In this document: in pieces, positions 1 to 8,789 of the stretch | Layout: the number at the start of each line of letters is the position of its first letter | Numbering within the stretch: position 1 is the first letter of the stretch | IMG/VR virus record: IMGVR_UViG_3300048599_000728 | Coordinates: 1 to 43,985 of that record | Direction: 5' to 3' (one strand) | Length of the DNA stretch: 43,985 nt | Source of the DNA: a virus | Taxonomy: Duplodnaviria; Caudoviricetes | Program-made: the position numbers and the translations under genes | The notes under the pieces: generated by a model | What the model saw: only the letters and a program-made list of their open reading frames with translations | Told to the model about the DNA's origin: nothing | Database searches by the model: none

Positions 1-1362
1 ATGGCGCGAAATCGCGATAGATCAGACCCCGATCGCTACCTCGTCAGGAAGGGCGATTGGTATCATTACAAGCGCCGCGTGCCACTCAGCGCCGCCGCGC
101 ACGATAAACGCGCACCCCACGTCAGAATCTCCCTGAAAACCACCGAGCGCCTCCTCGCACGCAAGAAACGCGACATCCTCGAGCAGGCCGACGACGCACT
201 ATGGGCGTCGTATATCGTCGAGGCCGACGCCGACCCGGCGCGGCTGCGCTATGAGGCGGCGATCAAACGGGTTGAGGCGCTCGACTTTGCTTTTCATTCG
301 AGCGCCGAACTTGAGGCGCCGGCCGCATTTGACGATCTGACGGATCGGATGCGCAAACTTGTGACAATGGCTAATCCCGGTGCCACAGCGCCGGCCTTGC
401 TCGGCGCCGTCGAAGTCCCGGCCACCACGATAACAAAGGCATTTGAGATCTATGTCGATGAGATCGTCGCCGACGAGCTCATCACCAAGAGCAAGCTTCA
501 GCGCGACCAGTGGAAAAAGGTCAAGCAGCGCGCCGTAAACAATTTCGTCCAGCTCGTCAGCGACAAGGCGATGACGGAAATCACAGTCGACGACGCCAAG
601 AAAATCTATCGGCACTGGCTGGCGAGAATCGCCCCCAAGGAAGGGACCGCCACCGCCTCGGCATCGTCCGGAAACCGCGATCTCGGAAATCTGCGCGTCC
701 TGTACGACGCCTATTTCCGCCACATGGGCGATGTGCGCCGGCAAAACCCCTTCGAAGGCTTTGGGTTTCTCGCCAGAAAGAAGCGCTCGCGACCACCTAT
801 CCCCGTCGACTGGATCAAGGCAAAGATCCTCGCGCCTGGCGCTCTCGCGACGCTCAATGACGAGGCGCGCGGCATCGTCCTGGCGCTGATCGAGACAGGC
901 GCGCGGCCAAGTGAAATCGCAAATCTCGATCTCACGGCAATCCGCCTGTCGCACAAGGTCCCGCATCTTGCCATCGAGCCGCGCGAGGATCCCGACGATC
1001 CCCGGGAGATCAAGACGGAATCATCCCGCCGGCTTGTTCCGCTCGTCGGTGTCGCACTTGCCGTGTTCGAGCGGCATCGCGCAGGTTTCCCGCGATATCG
1101 CAATCGCGAGAACGAGCTTTCGGCAGCGGTCAACAAGTACTTTAGGGCAAACGGCCTGTTCCCGACGAAGGGCCACACGCTCTACTCGCTGCGCCACTCC
1201 TTCGAAGATCGCATGAAAGACGGTGATTTCGACGATGAGCTGCGCCGTTTGATCATGGGCCACTCCATCGATCGACCAAAGTACGGCGCTGGTGGCTCCC
1301 TCGAGTGGAAACGCAAGCACATGCTGACGATCGCCCTGCCCTACGACCCCGCAATCGTTTGA
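1..1362 (+). CDS. int: Tyrosine recombinase / phage integrase
   Basis: Catalytic motifs TGARPSEI (R), IKT (K), YSLRH (HxxR variant), MGH, KYG (Y); N-terminal arm-binding-like region YHYKRRVP...ISLKT. Confidence 0.93.
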   Translation: MARNRDRSDPDRYLVRKGDWYHYKRRVPLSAAAHDKRAPHVRISLKTTERLLARKKRDILEQADDALWASYIVEADADPARLRYEAAIKRVEALDFAFHSSAELEAPAAFDDLTDRMRKLVTMANPGATAPALLGAVEVPATTITKAFEIYVDEIVADELITKSKLQRDQWKKVKQRAVNNFVQLVSDKAMTEITVDDAKKIYRHWLARIAPKEGTATASASSGNRDLGNLRVLYDAYFRHMGDVRRQNPFEGFGFLARKKRSRPPIPVDWIKAKILAPGALATLNDEARGIVLALIETGARPSEIANLDLTAIRLSHKVPHLAIEPREDPDDPREIKTESSRRLVPLVGVALAVFERHRAGFPRYRNRENELSAAVNKYFRANGLFPTKGHTLYSLRHSFEDRMKDGDFDDELRRLIMGHSIDRPKYGAGGSLEWKRKHMLTIALPYDPAIV

Positions 1363-1454
1363 TCCGCGCGCCTATCAAGCTCGCGCTCGATCGCTTTCCG
1401 GATAAGGCTTGCTCTGTCCTCCCCCGCGAGAGGCGTTGACGCCGGCGCCGCGGC
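1341..1454 (-). pseudogene. Possible remnant of a small ribbon-helix-helix protein gene
   Basis: Minus-strand frame reads ...LAGEDRASLIRKAIERELDRRADQTIAGS* with no start codon before an upstream stop; resembles RHH C-terminal helices. Confidence 0.25.
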
Positions 1455-1471
1455 TCACCAACTATTCCCGT

Positions 1472-1738
1472 ATGGCTATGAGCAATGAGACCATCCAGGG
1501 CGCGATCGATCTGGGCGAGAGGATTCGCGCCCATCGCGATAGATGCCGGCATCATGCGGTCCTCGACCTACTTGCACTTCGGGATCGGCTTGGCCCGGAT
1601 CATGGCGCCTTGCATCGCGATCTGGTCCCGCTGTTGCGTTGCTCCGCATGCGGCAGCAAATCCATCTCCCTGACGATGTCGCCTGGGTCGATCGAGTATG
1701 GCGGCAACCCCTACACCAGAGCCAAGGACGGACGGTGA
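1472..1738 (+). CDS. Small putative zinc-ribbon protein
   Basis: ATG at 1472; HRDRCRH and LRCSACG motifs; followed by a terminator hairpin. Confidence 0.65.
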   Translation: MAMSNETIQGAIDLGERIRAHRDRCRHHAVLDLLALRDRLGPDHGALHRDLVPLLRCSACGSKSISLTMSPGSIEYGGNPYTRAKDGR

Positions 1739-1754
1739 GAGCGATTCAAACGAC

Positions 1755-1787
1755 AAAAGCCCGCCGGCCGGGGCCAGCGGGCTTATT
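1755..1787. terminator. Intrinsic terminator, likely bidirectional, ending the late operon
   Basis: Stem AAGCCCGC...GCGGGCTT flanked by AAAA and TTATT, between convergent genes. Confidence 0.75.
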
Positions 1788-1852
1788 GCCTGAGAATGCG
1801 GTACTCAAACACTGCCGCCCCGACACAATCGTCGAGGCGAGTGAATGACCGG

Positions 1853-2197
1853 TTAAGGCGGCGGGCGTCCCATGAACCACAGATAGGCGCCGTAAAGCCA
1901 GCCGGCGGCACCAAGCAGCCAGCCGCCTAATGTCAGCAATCCTCGCCCCATTATGCCGGCGCCCTGCGCCTGATTGGTCAGTGTCCTGACCGTACCCGTC
2001 ACCTCCTCCATCCCCTCGACCTTGTGCTTGAGTGACGACACATCCGCCTCGAGGTGCGTCTGGCGCAGGATCAGCTCATCCATCCGACGATGGAGCACGG
2101 CACGGCTCTCGTCCTGCCGGTCTAGCCGGTCCTCTATGCCATCGAGCTTGCCGATGACGACGCCGAGGGCGCGCTCAATATTGCTGTCTGCCGGCAA
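1853..2197 (-). CDS. Coiled-coil protein with C-terminal membrane segment (DUF1515-like; holin or holin-associated candidate)
   Basis: TTG start after GGAG; heptad-rich N-terminus; hydrophobic GLLTLGGWLLGAAGWLYGAYLWF; last gene of the lysis cassette. Confidence 0.7.
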   Translation of the reverse strand: MPADSNIERALGVVIGKLDGIEDRLDRQDESRAVLHRRMDELILRQTHLEADVSSLKHKVEGMEEVTGTVRTLTNQAQGAGIMGRGLLTLGGWLLGAAGWLYGAYLWFMGRPPP

Positions 2198-2213
2198 TGC
2201 CCCGCTCCCGCCG

Positions 2214-2420
2214 TCACCAGCAGCCGCGCCGCTGGCCGAACGTGTTGTGCGCCGCGACCTGCTCAGCGAACGGCCGGTCCTGCGCGATGATGACGGCGCG
2301 CGTCTCCGACGACGGCGTCATCTTGCGCCAGCCATCACAGGCCGAGGCCGGCGCACTCGTCTGGCAGCCCGCCAAGAGCAGCGCACAGAGCGGCATCATC
2401 CATGTTGCGGATTTCGTCAT
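2214..2420 (-). CDS. o-spanin (Rz1-like lipoprotein)
   Basis: AAAGGA RBS, then MTKSATWMMPLCALLLAG|C lipobox; overlaps the i-spanin 3' end in another frame. Confidence 0.8.
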   Translation of the reverse strand: MTKSATWMMPLCALLLAGCQTSAPASACDGWRKMTPSSETRAVIIAQDRPFAEQVAAHNTFGQRRGCW

Positions 2421-2589
2421 CGGTTGCGTTCCTTTCGCGCAAGATTTCGATGGAGCGGTCGAGAATGTCGGTACGTTCGGCCGCCTTGCCCGCCCGATAA
2501 GCATGTGTGTGCGACCATGTGAGCAGGCCAAGGCCGACAACGATGCCGACCATCGCCGCTCCCGCTCTGGAAAAGAGAAAGCCCAGCAT
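2335..2589 (-). CDS. i-spanin (Rz-like)
   Basis: TGATG coupling to the endolysin; N-terminal TM (AAMVGIVVGLGLLTW), helical periplasmic part, C-terminal Cys pair. Confidence 0.78.
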   Translation of the reverse strand: MLGFLFSRAGAAMVGIVVGLGLLTWSHTHAYRAGKAAERTDILDRSIEILRERNATDDEIRNMDDAALCAALGGLPDECAGLGL

Positions 2590-3383
2590 CAGGCCAGCCC
2601 CAGCTTCTTGCGGACGCCGGGCATGGTCGCGATGGCGTAGATCGCAAAGCCGACAACGACGAGCACGATGAGGAATTGGACGCGCCAATCCACGAACGGA
2701 AGCACAGCAGTGCCGCCGCCAGTTGTCAGCCAGGTCCAGAACCGTTTCGACTTCCCGACCGGCTCGGGAGCGCCCTCCTCAGCGGTCTCGGGGTGTGGCG
2801 AAGGAACGGGCGCGACAGGTGAAGGGACGAGCTGCGCTCCGGCGGCCTTGACCTGATCCAGCAATCGCTCGATCCGCTCGGGCGTCACAAGTGCCTTGTT
2901 GAGCTTGTCGCCGGCATAGTAGGTCTCGCCGCGCGCTACCTGCCGATGCGCGCCCTTGACGCCCGCCAGCACCGGGAACGACGCCCACTCCTGCGCCAGC
3001 CGCTTGCCAAACTCGGTGCGGCTGATCTTGCCGGCCATGAACTCGCTGTAGCCACGACGCAACAGCAGCTGATAGCCGAGTTGGTCCTGAATCTGGGGAG
3101 TAAACTTGTCGCTGCCGCTGATCGAGGGGTTGGATTTTGCGAGGTCGATCAGCGTTGCCCGCATGAACTGATAGGCCCCGGCCGCGCTCGATCCGTGGTT
3201 CTTCGACCACGACTTCTGCGTGTCGATGATCTCGCCATAGGTCATTGAGGTCAGTGGCTTGGGTAGCTTCCCCTGCTTATGACCGTAGATCACGTCATAG
3301 GCGGATCGGTCGGCTTTGCCTGTCTCGATCTCACGGATAGAGGCGAGCAGAATTGCCGCCCCAGCCGGAATGGCTCGGTTCAT
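2589..3383 (-). CDS. Endolysin, lambda-R-like lysozyme/transglycosylase with C-terminal membrane anchor
   Basis: IREIET, YDVIYG, SSAAGAYQF, QDQL and LAQEWASFP motifs; Pro-rich linker; hydrophobic C-terminus. Confidence 0.88.
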   Translation of the reverse strand: MNRAIPAGAAILLASIREIETGKADRSAYDVIYGHKQGKLPKPLTSMTYGEIIDTQKSWSKNHGSSAAGAYQFMRATLIDLAKSNPSISGSDKFTPQIQDQLGYQLLLRRGYSEFMAGKISRTEFGKRLAQEWASFPVLAGVKGAHRQVARGETYYAGDKLNKALVTPERIERLLDQVKAAGAQLVPSPVAPVPSPHPETAEEGAPEPVGKSKRFWTWLTTGGGTAVLPFVDWRVQFLIVLVVVGFAIYAIATMPGVRKKLGLA

Positions 3384-3504
3384 GACTGTCTCCAGTGCTG
3401 GTGATGTAGATTGGGTGATTGATGGTGCGGCGGGAACGCCGGCGAAACGGGCTGCTTATTTGTTTGATTAACCTTCGCCCATTTGCCAAAATACAATAAT
3501 AGCC

Positions 3505-3651
3505 ATGGGGGAGAACCGTAAATTGCGCCCGATTGTCCTCTTTGCCGCCAGTGTCATCATCGCCGTGGGTGGATGGTATGTCGGCCTACCCGCCGGCAAT
3601 GGCTGCGCCAATGCTGATGGAGTGGCCGCCCTGTTTAACTGTCCACGCTAA
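3505..3651 (+). CDS. Small membrane protein (48 aa moron; not in the ORF track)
   Basis: Hand translation MGENRKLRPIVLFAASVIIAVGGWYVGLPAGNGCANADGVAALFNCPR*; AT-rich promoter-like upstream region; alternative TTG start at 3523 after GGGGAG. Confidence 0.6.
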   Translation: MGENRKLRPIVLFAASVIIAVGGWYVGLPAGNGCANADGVAALFNCPR

Positions 3652-6026
3652 ACGTAATACGACCCAGACAGATAGAGCAGCGCTGCTGTATCCATCGCCA
3701 ATGCAGAGAGCGACGCGCCCGATGCCGCTTGCGCGAGCACGATCTTTTTGGCGCTCACATAACCAATTGGCGAGCTTGCATAGGTCAATCCGGAATAGGC
3801 CAGGGCGCAAGGATATGAGAGACCCGCTGCGGCAAAGGGGAGCCCTGCGACCTCCATATTACCGGTCCCCGTGTGCGCGGACCAAGACAGGTTGACGACG
3901 AAATCAACCCTGTCGCCATCGCGGCGATACCTGCCCTCTTGCTGAGCATAGGTGCCGGCACCTGCCGATGTCGTGCCGGAGATGGCTGGCGTAAATGACC
4001 GCCACCCGACTTGGTGCTGCTCTACAAGCGGTATCTCCAGCGCATAGCGCCGCGATAGCGCAAATCGCGCAGCGGACTCCGTGTATGACCCGACCGACGA
4101 TGTAAACGTGATGGGAGTTATACCAAGCGCGATGGTCCGCGAGATCAGGACGCCGAGGCTGGTTGCAACCTCGGCGGGGGCAACAGCACCATAATAGTCA
4201 TTGGTGCCATCGATTATGATCATGCTCTTCACCGGGCCATTTGCCGCCACGTCCGCCGCAATGTCGGCATCAAATCGCGCCACCATGTCGGATGCCTTGT
4301 TGCCGCCGACGCCCTTATTAACAAAAGTTGCCCTCGGGAACCGCTCCCGCAGCCTATCGATAATGCCGATACCCTGACCGATATCCGTGCTGATCGCCGC
4401 CCACGAGTCTCCAAAGACAAAATGCCGACCGGCGTCGAACCCATCGAACCCGGCCCCCTGGAATTCCAGGATACGCAGGTCGCTGATAAAAAACGCTGCC
4501 GCGCTTGCCTTGGTGACGCGGAACTGAACGTCGGCAACATCCATCACGGAAAAGTCGAGGATGGTGATGTCAGGATCGGCGGAATCGATCACACGCGAAT
4601 AATGGTAGAGACCTCCGATCATCACGTGCGCGGCAACGTCGTTATTGTTGTCAACCGCGCCTCTGTTGCAGTGGATCACGGCCCTATACCGCCCCGTCCT
4701 TGACGGACGCCATTTGGTCCACTCGCACCCCGTATTCGTCCCTGCCGGCGTAACCTGCCATGCGCCGCCTGCGCTCGACCCGGGTGATGCTGCATTGTTA
4801 GTCGCAAACGGGGCGATCGATGCTCCGCCGCGAGCCGCCGGGGGTTCTGCATGGACTTGGCGCCAGTATCCGATTTTGCGACGGATCATATCGTCAGCAA
4901 TGACCTGATACCCCCAAAAATTGGGGTGGCTCTCGTTGATGTAGAAATTGTGCGCGTTCGCGCCAGCGGCGACTGGCGCGGCAAGCGGACCAGTTAGAGT
5001 GACAAGATTGCCCGCCACGCCACTGACCACGGCCGAATAGTATTCGCCATCTGTGCCGAGATAGGCAATTAGTTGTGCGGGTATCGGTTTGGCAGAGCCT
5101 GATGTGAGCGTGATCGAGCGAGCACCAGCCGACGCGCCAGACGCGAGCACATAATCGACATTGCCTCCTGCCTCGCCGGTCATCCAGCCTTTGGCTTTGA
5201 GCGCGCCAAAGTGCATGTCATAGACCAGTGAGTTAACAGCCTTGAGGGTAAGGTCGTCCTTGCGGGCCTCGATCAGGCGCCGAACGTCCTCAAAAGTCTT
5301 GCTTTCGCGCGCGGTGCCGGCGGCATTGTCAACGAGCATAGTATCGGCAGAGACAGGAGGGAGATTGACGCCGGCGGCAGCAGCGATTGCGTCATCGCGC
5401 GCATCCTTGGCCTCGACAGCCCACGCTTCAGCTGCCGTGATTATTGCGGCACTCGCCTGATCGGACAGCAACCGGAACTCTGATCCCGCCTTGTATCCGG
5501 CGACCATCATGCCGGCGACGAGACCACCCGGTGCGGGGTCGTTGCCCGAGCTCGTCTTGATCGACAGGGGCGAGCCGCCGTTCAACGCCACCGTGACCGG
5601 TGCTGCTGTCGTGGTCACCGTGATGTTGAGCGAGATAAGCGCGCCGCCATCGGCCGCAGGCAACGGTGTCGCTGTCGTCGCAACGATGGCATTCGCCGAG
5701 CCAGCGCCGGAGTTGGTCGCGCGGATGAAGCTGTAAGGCAGATCGCCAAGCCTCACCCATCCGCCAGCCCCGGATGTCCCGGTCTTGGTGTACCAGCCGT
5801 TGTTGGTCGGTACGGGGTCATCGAGGACCCACGCAGTTGACCACGGCTCATAACCGAGGCTGCCGTTGGCCTGCGCAAGAGTGCCAAACGTAATGGCACC
5901 CATCGCCTTGGCGGCAAGCGTAAAATCCATCACCTCGAGCATCTCGACGATATCGACTTTGTCAGGCTCGAATGCATCATCGGTGCCGGACGCGCCGAAA
6001 TATACCTGCCGCGGGGTTCGCGCCAT
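3648..6026 (-). CDS. Tail fibre/spike with SGNH/GDSL esterase domain
   Basis: Last tail gene; FGDSW, NKGVGGN and GTND blocks; N-terminal virion-attachment-like region; C-terminal beta domain (FTPAISG...GRYRRDG...GLPF). Confidence 0.85.
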   Translation of the reverse strand: MARTPRQVYFGASGTDDAFEPDKVDIVEMLEVMDFTLAAKAMGAITFGTLAQANGSLGYEPWSTAWVLDDPVPTNNGWYTKTGTSGAGGWVRLGDLPYSFIRATNSGAGSANAIVATTATPLPAADGGALISLNITVTTTAAPVTVALNGGSPLSIKTSSGNDPAPGGLVAGMMVAGYKAGSEFRLLSDQASAAIITAAEAWAVEAKDARDDAIAAAAGVNLPPVSADTMLVDNAAGTARESKTFEDVRRLIEARKDDLTLKAVNSLVYDMHFGALKAKGWMTGEAGGNVDYVLASGASAGARSITLTSGSAKPIPAQLIAYLGTDGEYYSAVVSGVAGNLVTLTGPLAAPVAAGANAHNFYINESHPNFWGYQVIADDMIRRKIGYWRQVHAEPPAARGGASIAPFATNNAASPGSSAGGAWQVTPAGTNTGCEWTKWRPSRTGRYRAVIHCNRGAVDNNNDVAAHVMIGGLYHYSRVIDSADPDITILDFSVMDVADVQFRVTKASAAAFFISDLRILEFQGAGFDGFDAGRHFVFGDSWAAISTDIGQGIGIIDRLRERFPRATFVNKGVGGNKASDMVARFDADIAADVAANGPVKSMIIIDGTNDYYGAVAPAEVATSLGVLISRTIALGITPITFTSSVGSYTESAARFALSRRYALEIPLVEQHQVGWRSFTPAISGTTSAGAGTYAQQEGRYRRDGDRVDFVVNLSWSAHTGTGNMEVAGLPFAAAGLSYPCALAYSGLTYASSPIGYVSAKKIVLAQAASGASLSALAMDTAALLYLSGSYYV

Positions 6027-6058
6027 GTCGTGATCTCCAGATTGTATTGGCAGAAGGG

Positions 6059-8323
6059 TCAGGTAACGGTGATTGGGCCGTGAGCCACAGCCGTGCCAGG
6101 CACTTGCGATTTATTCAGCGGGACAAGCCATGTGTAATGGTCCCCGGGCGGGACGCCGGTTTCCTGATAGCTGTCGGGCTGGCCGAGAAGGCCCGGCTCA
6201 ATGCGCACGAGCGAGGCGTCGTCGAACACACCCGTCAGGCCGCGCCAGATTTTCACGCCGAAATAATTGGCGCTGTCGGGCGCTGTCCACGCATAGTCGA
6301 TCGTGCCGGCGCCGCCCGTTGACGTCGCCGAAACGAGATCGTCGGTCGGCGTTATGTCTGCGGTTGCCGTGACCTTCACCGTCGCCGTGTAATTACTGAC
6401 CTCGCCGCCCGAGGTTTCCATGTAGGCGCGGAGATCGTAGACCTCACCGTCATTGGCGAGGACATCGGCATAGGCCCGGCCTTGATCGGTCACCGAGACC
6501 ATTTCCGTCCAGACACTGGCGACCGACCGCTTCCACTCGACCGTGACAATGTATGAGGGGTTGGCCGGCACATCGAAAAGCGCCTCGAGCCGGACTCCGA
6601 AGCCGCCTGAAACCGGCACCTGAACCGCATACGGGAAAAAGCCCGTCGGAACAGGCACGTCGGAATCGGGGGTCAGGTCGTTGTCGTAACTCGGCAGCGG
6701 TCCTTCCTCGTCGGGGAGCAAATCCCAATTGCCGGCATCAGTCTTAACCAGGACGAGATTGACCATCATCCCGTCAGGCGATTCTTCGTAACCCATGATT
6801 TCATAGATGTCGTCGAGGACCGCGTCGCCAAGGTTGAGCCTGACAAACCTTTCCGGTCTCAACCGCAAGCCGTACCAGTTGGCGACCATCTCGACACGCT
6901 TGGGCGATCGCGACCGCGTGCCGACAGCCTTGCAGATACGCACTGCCTGATTGTGATTTCCGACCTCCGGCGTTTCCATTGCCGCCGTGCTGACCGGAGT
7001 AACCCCTTCTTCGAAATGGTCGGGATGATACCAGGGCGCGCAGGGCTGGTCGGTGAACAGCAGTCGAGGATCGGTATAGCTGGTCACATAAGCATTGTGA
7101 TCGCTTTCGCCGTCTGCGTTCGGCATCTGGCGGATGCGGATGACGGCTCGCGGCCCGAGGGTGACCGATGGCTCCTCATAGGCACCGACGCGCAGGAACC
7201 AGCGCCCTTGATCGTCGACGAACCGCATGCCGTCACAGGCTTCGAGCATGCGCATCTCGGCATCGATGCGACGCTCGTTGAACGGGATGATGGTCGCAAG
7301 AGTATACCGCTTGGATTCGTAGTCATCGCGACCGACGACGATCTGGTCCGATATGTCCGCGGCTTTGGCAATCATCTCCCAATTGACCGATGATGGCGGC
7401 TTGGCCCATCCGTCCCGATGGATGCGGAAGGTTGCGATGATCAGCGCGGCATTGTCGTCGTATGACCAGGTCGATGGATCTTCGGCCCGCTGCGGCCCGC
7501 CCCCCATAACCGGATTGCCGTTGCCGTCATGAGCGATGATCCGGGTGGAATCTTTCCGGGGATCGTAGACAGTCCCCCAGTCGGCCTCACGGAAATAGGC
7601 CGGCACACCGAGGGAGCCCAGCGGCCCATCGTGCTTGAAGACCTTGTGCCTGTCATTGTACTTGATGCCGGCGCCCTTGATGACGGTATAGGCACAACCG
7701 ATGCCACGATGATCAGCATCCCATTCGGGATAATCAGCCATCAGGACGGCTGATGCGAGATGATCCAGCGCGCCATCCCGAGCATCGATCTGGAAAAAAT
7801 TGTTCGCCCACGGCCCTTTGAACTTCTTGGTGGTAACCCAGCCGTCTTCCGTGGTGTCGACGGGCGTGTCGAGAAACCAGTGATTGACGGTAGCGCAAGG
7901 GCTGTCGCCATGGTGGATGCCGTAATGGCAGAGCCCTTTGGTCACGCCCGTAAAGAACAAATTCCCCGCGACGCGCAGTCGACCGAACAGGAGCCTGCGC
8001 ACCGGTGCCGACGACCTTGTCGTTGCCCCAATCTCGGCGCCGGTCGGCTTTGAGCGATTAAACAGGGCATTGAGGCCGAAGTTCAGCGCCGTCGAAACCA
8101 GTGTTCCGCCGACAGCGCCCGCGACGCTCCATCCCAAAGCGAAAGCGCCCGCGCTGAAAGAACCAGTCAGGCCAGCAACGGCGCCGCCAATGCCCGCCAG
8201 ACCCATCTGCGTAAGAAACCCTCCAGCAAGACTGAGCGCTGCGGTGATGGCGAGCGCATGAGCCTCCGCAGGCACCATTGCGGTCGAGAATGCCAGAGCG
8301 GCTGCTATGAGCTTCAGCCGCAT
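6059..8323 (-). CDS. Tail tip / host-specificity (J-like) protein with Fn3-like C-terminus
   Basis: Position; PVRRLLFGRLRVAG and VYDPRKDST...TWSYDDNAAL motifs; C-terminal beta-rich WTAP...GVKIWR. Confidence 0.8.
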   Translation of the reverse strand: MRLKLIAAALAFSTAMVPAEAHALAITAALSLAGGFLTQMGLAGIGGAVAGLTGSFSAGAFALGWSVAGAVGGTLVSTALNFGLNALFNRSKPTGAEIGATTRSSAPVRRLLFGRLRVAGNLFFTGVTKGLCHYGIHHGDSPCATVNHWFLDTPVDTTEDGWVTTKKFKGPWANNFFQIDARDGALDHLASAVLMADYPEWDADHRGIGCAYTVIKGAGIKYNDRHKVFKHDGPLGSLGVPAYFREADWGTVYDPRKDSTRIIAHDGNGNPVMGGGPQRAEDPSTWSYDDNAALIIATFRIHRDGWAKPPSSVNWEMIAKAADISDQIVVGRDDYESKRYTLATIIPFNERRIDAEMRMLEACDGMRFVDDQGRWFLRVGAYEEPSVTLGPRAVIRIRQMPNADGESDHNAYVTSYTDPRLLFTDQPCAPWYHPDHFEEGVTPVSTAAMETPEVGNHNQAVRICKAVGTRSRSPKRVEMVANWYGLRLRPERFVRLNLGDAVLDDIYEIMGYEESPDGMMVNLVLVKTDAGNWDLLPDEEGPLPSYDNDLTPDSDVPVPTGFFPYAVQVPVSGGFGVRLEALFDVPANPSYIVTVEWKRSVASVWTEMVSVTDQGRAYADVLANDGEVYDLRAYMETSGGEVSNYTATVKVTATADITPTDDLVSATSTGGAGTIDYAWTAPDSANYFGVKIWRGLTGVFDDASLVRIEPGLLGQPDSYQETGVPPGDHYTWLVPLNKSQVPGTAVAHGPITVT

Positions 8324-8324
8324 G

Positions 8325-8780
8325 TCAGGCTCCCAACTTCATGACGAACTGGGTTTCGAAATGATCAAAGCCCAGCCGCTCAAGCACCTTGCCGAAGCGG
8401 CCGCCAGCAATTGCCATCTGGCTCGAGGCGAACACGGCGGTGCAGTTATTCGCGCGCGCCCATCCGATGAAGTCGCGCATCATCAGGAACACCACGCGGC
8501 CGCGATGCGCGGGGTCGACATAGATGATCCGCTCGACGGCGATCCGCGCGCCACTCCAGGGATCGAGCGTGGTCAGGAAGGCGGCGATAAAGCCTGCGAT
8601 CTGATCGTCCAGTTCGACGACACGAAGATATCCCTCGGGCGAGAACACCAATCCGCCCAACATGCCTTCGACAGGTTCGCGGCCTGTCGCGGCCGGAAAG
8701 GCTGCGGCAAACGTATCCTGCGCCATATCGAACAGGGCCGGCACCTCGCTGAAGCGAGCCGGACGGATCACAGTCGTCAT
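8325..8780 (-). CDS. GNAT-family N-acetyltransferase
   Basis: IRPA start, IAGFI strand, IYVDPAHRG motif A, LERLGF C-terminal motif. Confidence 0.8.
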   Translation of the reverse strand: MTTVIRPARFSEVPALFDMAQDTFAAAFPAATGREPVEGMLGGLVFSPEGYLRVVELDDQIAGFIAAFLTTLDPWSGARIAVERIIYVDPAHRGRVVFLMMRDFIGWARANNCTAVFASSQMAIAGGRFGKVLERLGFDHFETQFVMKLGA

Positions 8781-8789
8781 TTGATGGTC

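Noticed and set aside
3648-6026. Diversity-generating retroelement or invertible tail fibre cassette
   Set aside because: No reverse transcriptase or serine invertase, and no duplicated TR/VR or flanking inverted repeats seen
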